From: Lama guanicoe
Lineage: Eukaryota
NCBI GenBank assembly: GCA_013239625.1
Contig: MU053652.1
Location: 3,213,902-3,277,901 of the forward strand
Direction: 5' to 3'
Length of the DNA stretch: 64,000 nt
Shown here: in pieces, positions 63,575-64,000 of the stretch
How the letters are laid out: each line of letters opens with the position of its first letter
How positions within the stretch are numbered: position 1 is the first letter of the stretch
The notes under the pieces: model-generated
What the model saw: only the letters and a program-made list of their open reading frames with translations
Database searches by the model: none
Told to the model about the DNA's origin: nothing
Translations under genes and position numbers: made by a program

Positions 63575-64000
63575 TTTACCATTTTAAAATACTTTGTTTG
63601 TACCATATTTTGTTTATCCATTCATCAGTTGATGGACACTTGGGTTGTTTCCACCTTTTGGCTAGTGTGAATAATGCAGTATGAACATTGAAGTACACGT
63701 ATCTGTTTGGGTCTCTGTTTTCTTCTGCCTTCTTTGGAGTAACTGTATTCTTATTAATCCATCTTATCTCCATTACTGGCTTATTATTTATGAATTTTTT
63801 AATTGGTTGCTCTAAGATTTATAATATACATGCTACACTTATTACAGTCTACCTTGAAATAATATACTGCTCCATATTTAGTTTAAGACCCTTACAACAG
63901 TACACCTAAATTTTCTTTTAAACAGAATAAACATAAAAAGGAAAATGCTTTTTATATTTACCCCCATTTTACATTTCCATTACTCTTCGTATGTGTATGT
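63575..64000 (-). mobile_element. L1 fragments, reverse orientation
   Basis: The - strand ORF contains ALFTLAKRWKQPKCPSTDEWINKIWY, the L1 ORF2 C-terminal motif. Confidence 0.8.

Noticed and set aside
35600..64000. Exons of a neighbouring gene (CEP41 by synteny)
   Set aside because: No recognisable coding exon or CpG-island promoter in this interval; the gene probably lies beyond the window.

Overview
Mammalian genomic DNA, probably camelid (inferred from the SINE type). It covers the imprinted COPG2/MEST (PEG1) locus. On the + strand are the last four coding exons of COPG2 (13058-15055). On the - strand is the complete 12-exon MEST coding sequence (ATG 28568 to TGA 16677; 1008 nt = 335 aa, all GT-AG junctions in frame), with MIR335 in intron 2. 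The two genes converge, and their poly(A) signals lie 7 bp apart on opposite strands. The MEST promoter CpG island carries about 12 ZFP57 motifs, a ~37-bp tandem repeat array and a minimal uORF; a second CpG island lies ~5 kb upstream. Positions 38.8-64 kb are mostly degraded L1/LTR/DNA-transposon sequence. The least explained structure is in the large COPG2 intron (1-11.7 kb): an ancient, strongly strand-asymmetric, degenerate tandem array of ~1-kb units. It lies where imprinted antisense/readthrough transcripts are known in mouse and human. All calls were made by eye. Repeat boundaries and subfamily names are approximate.
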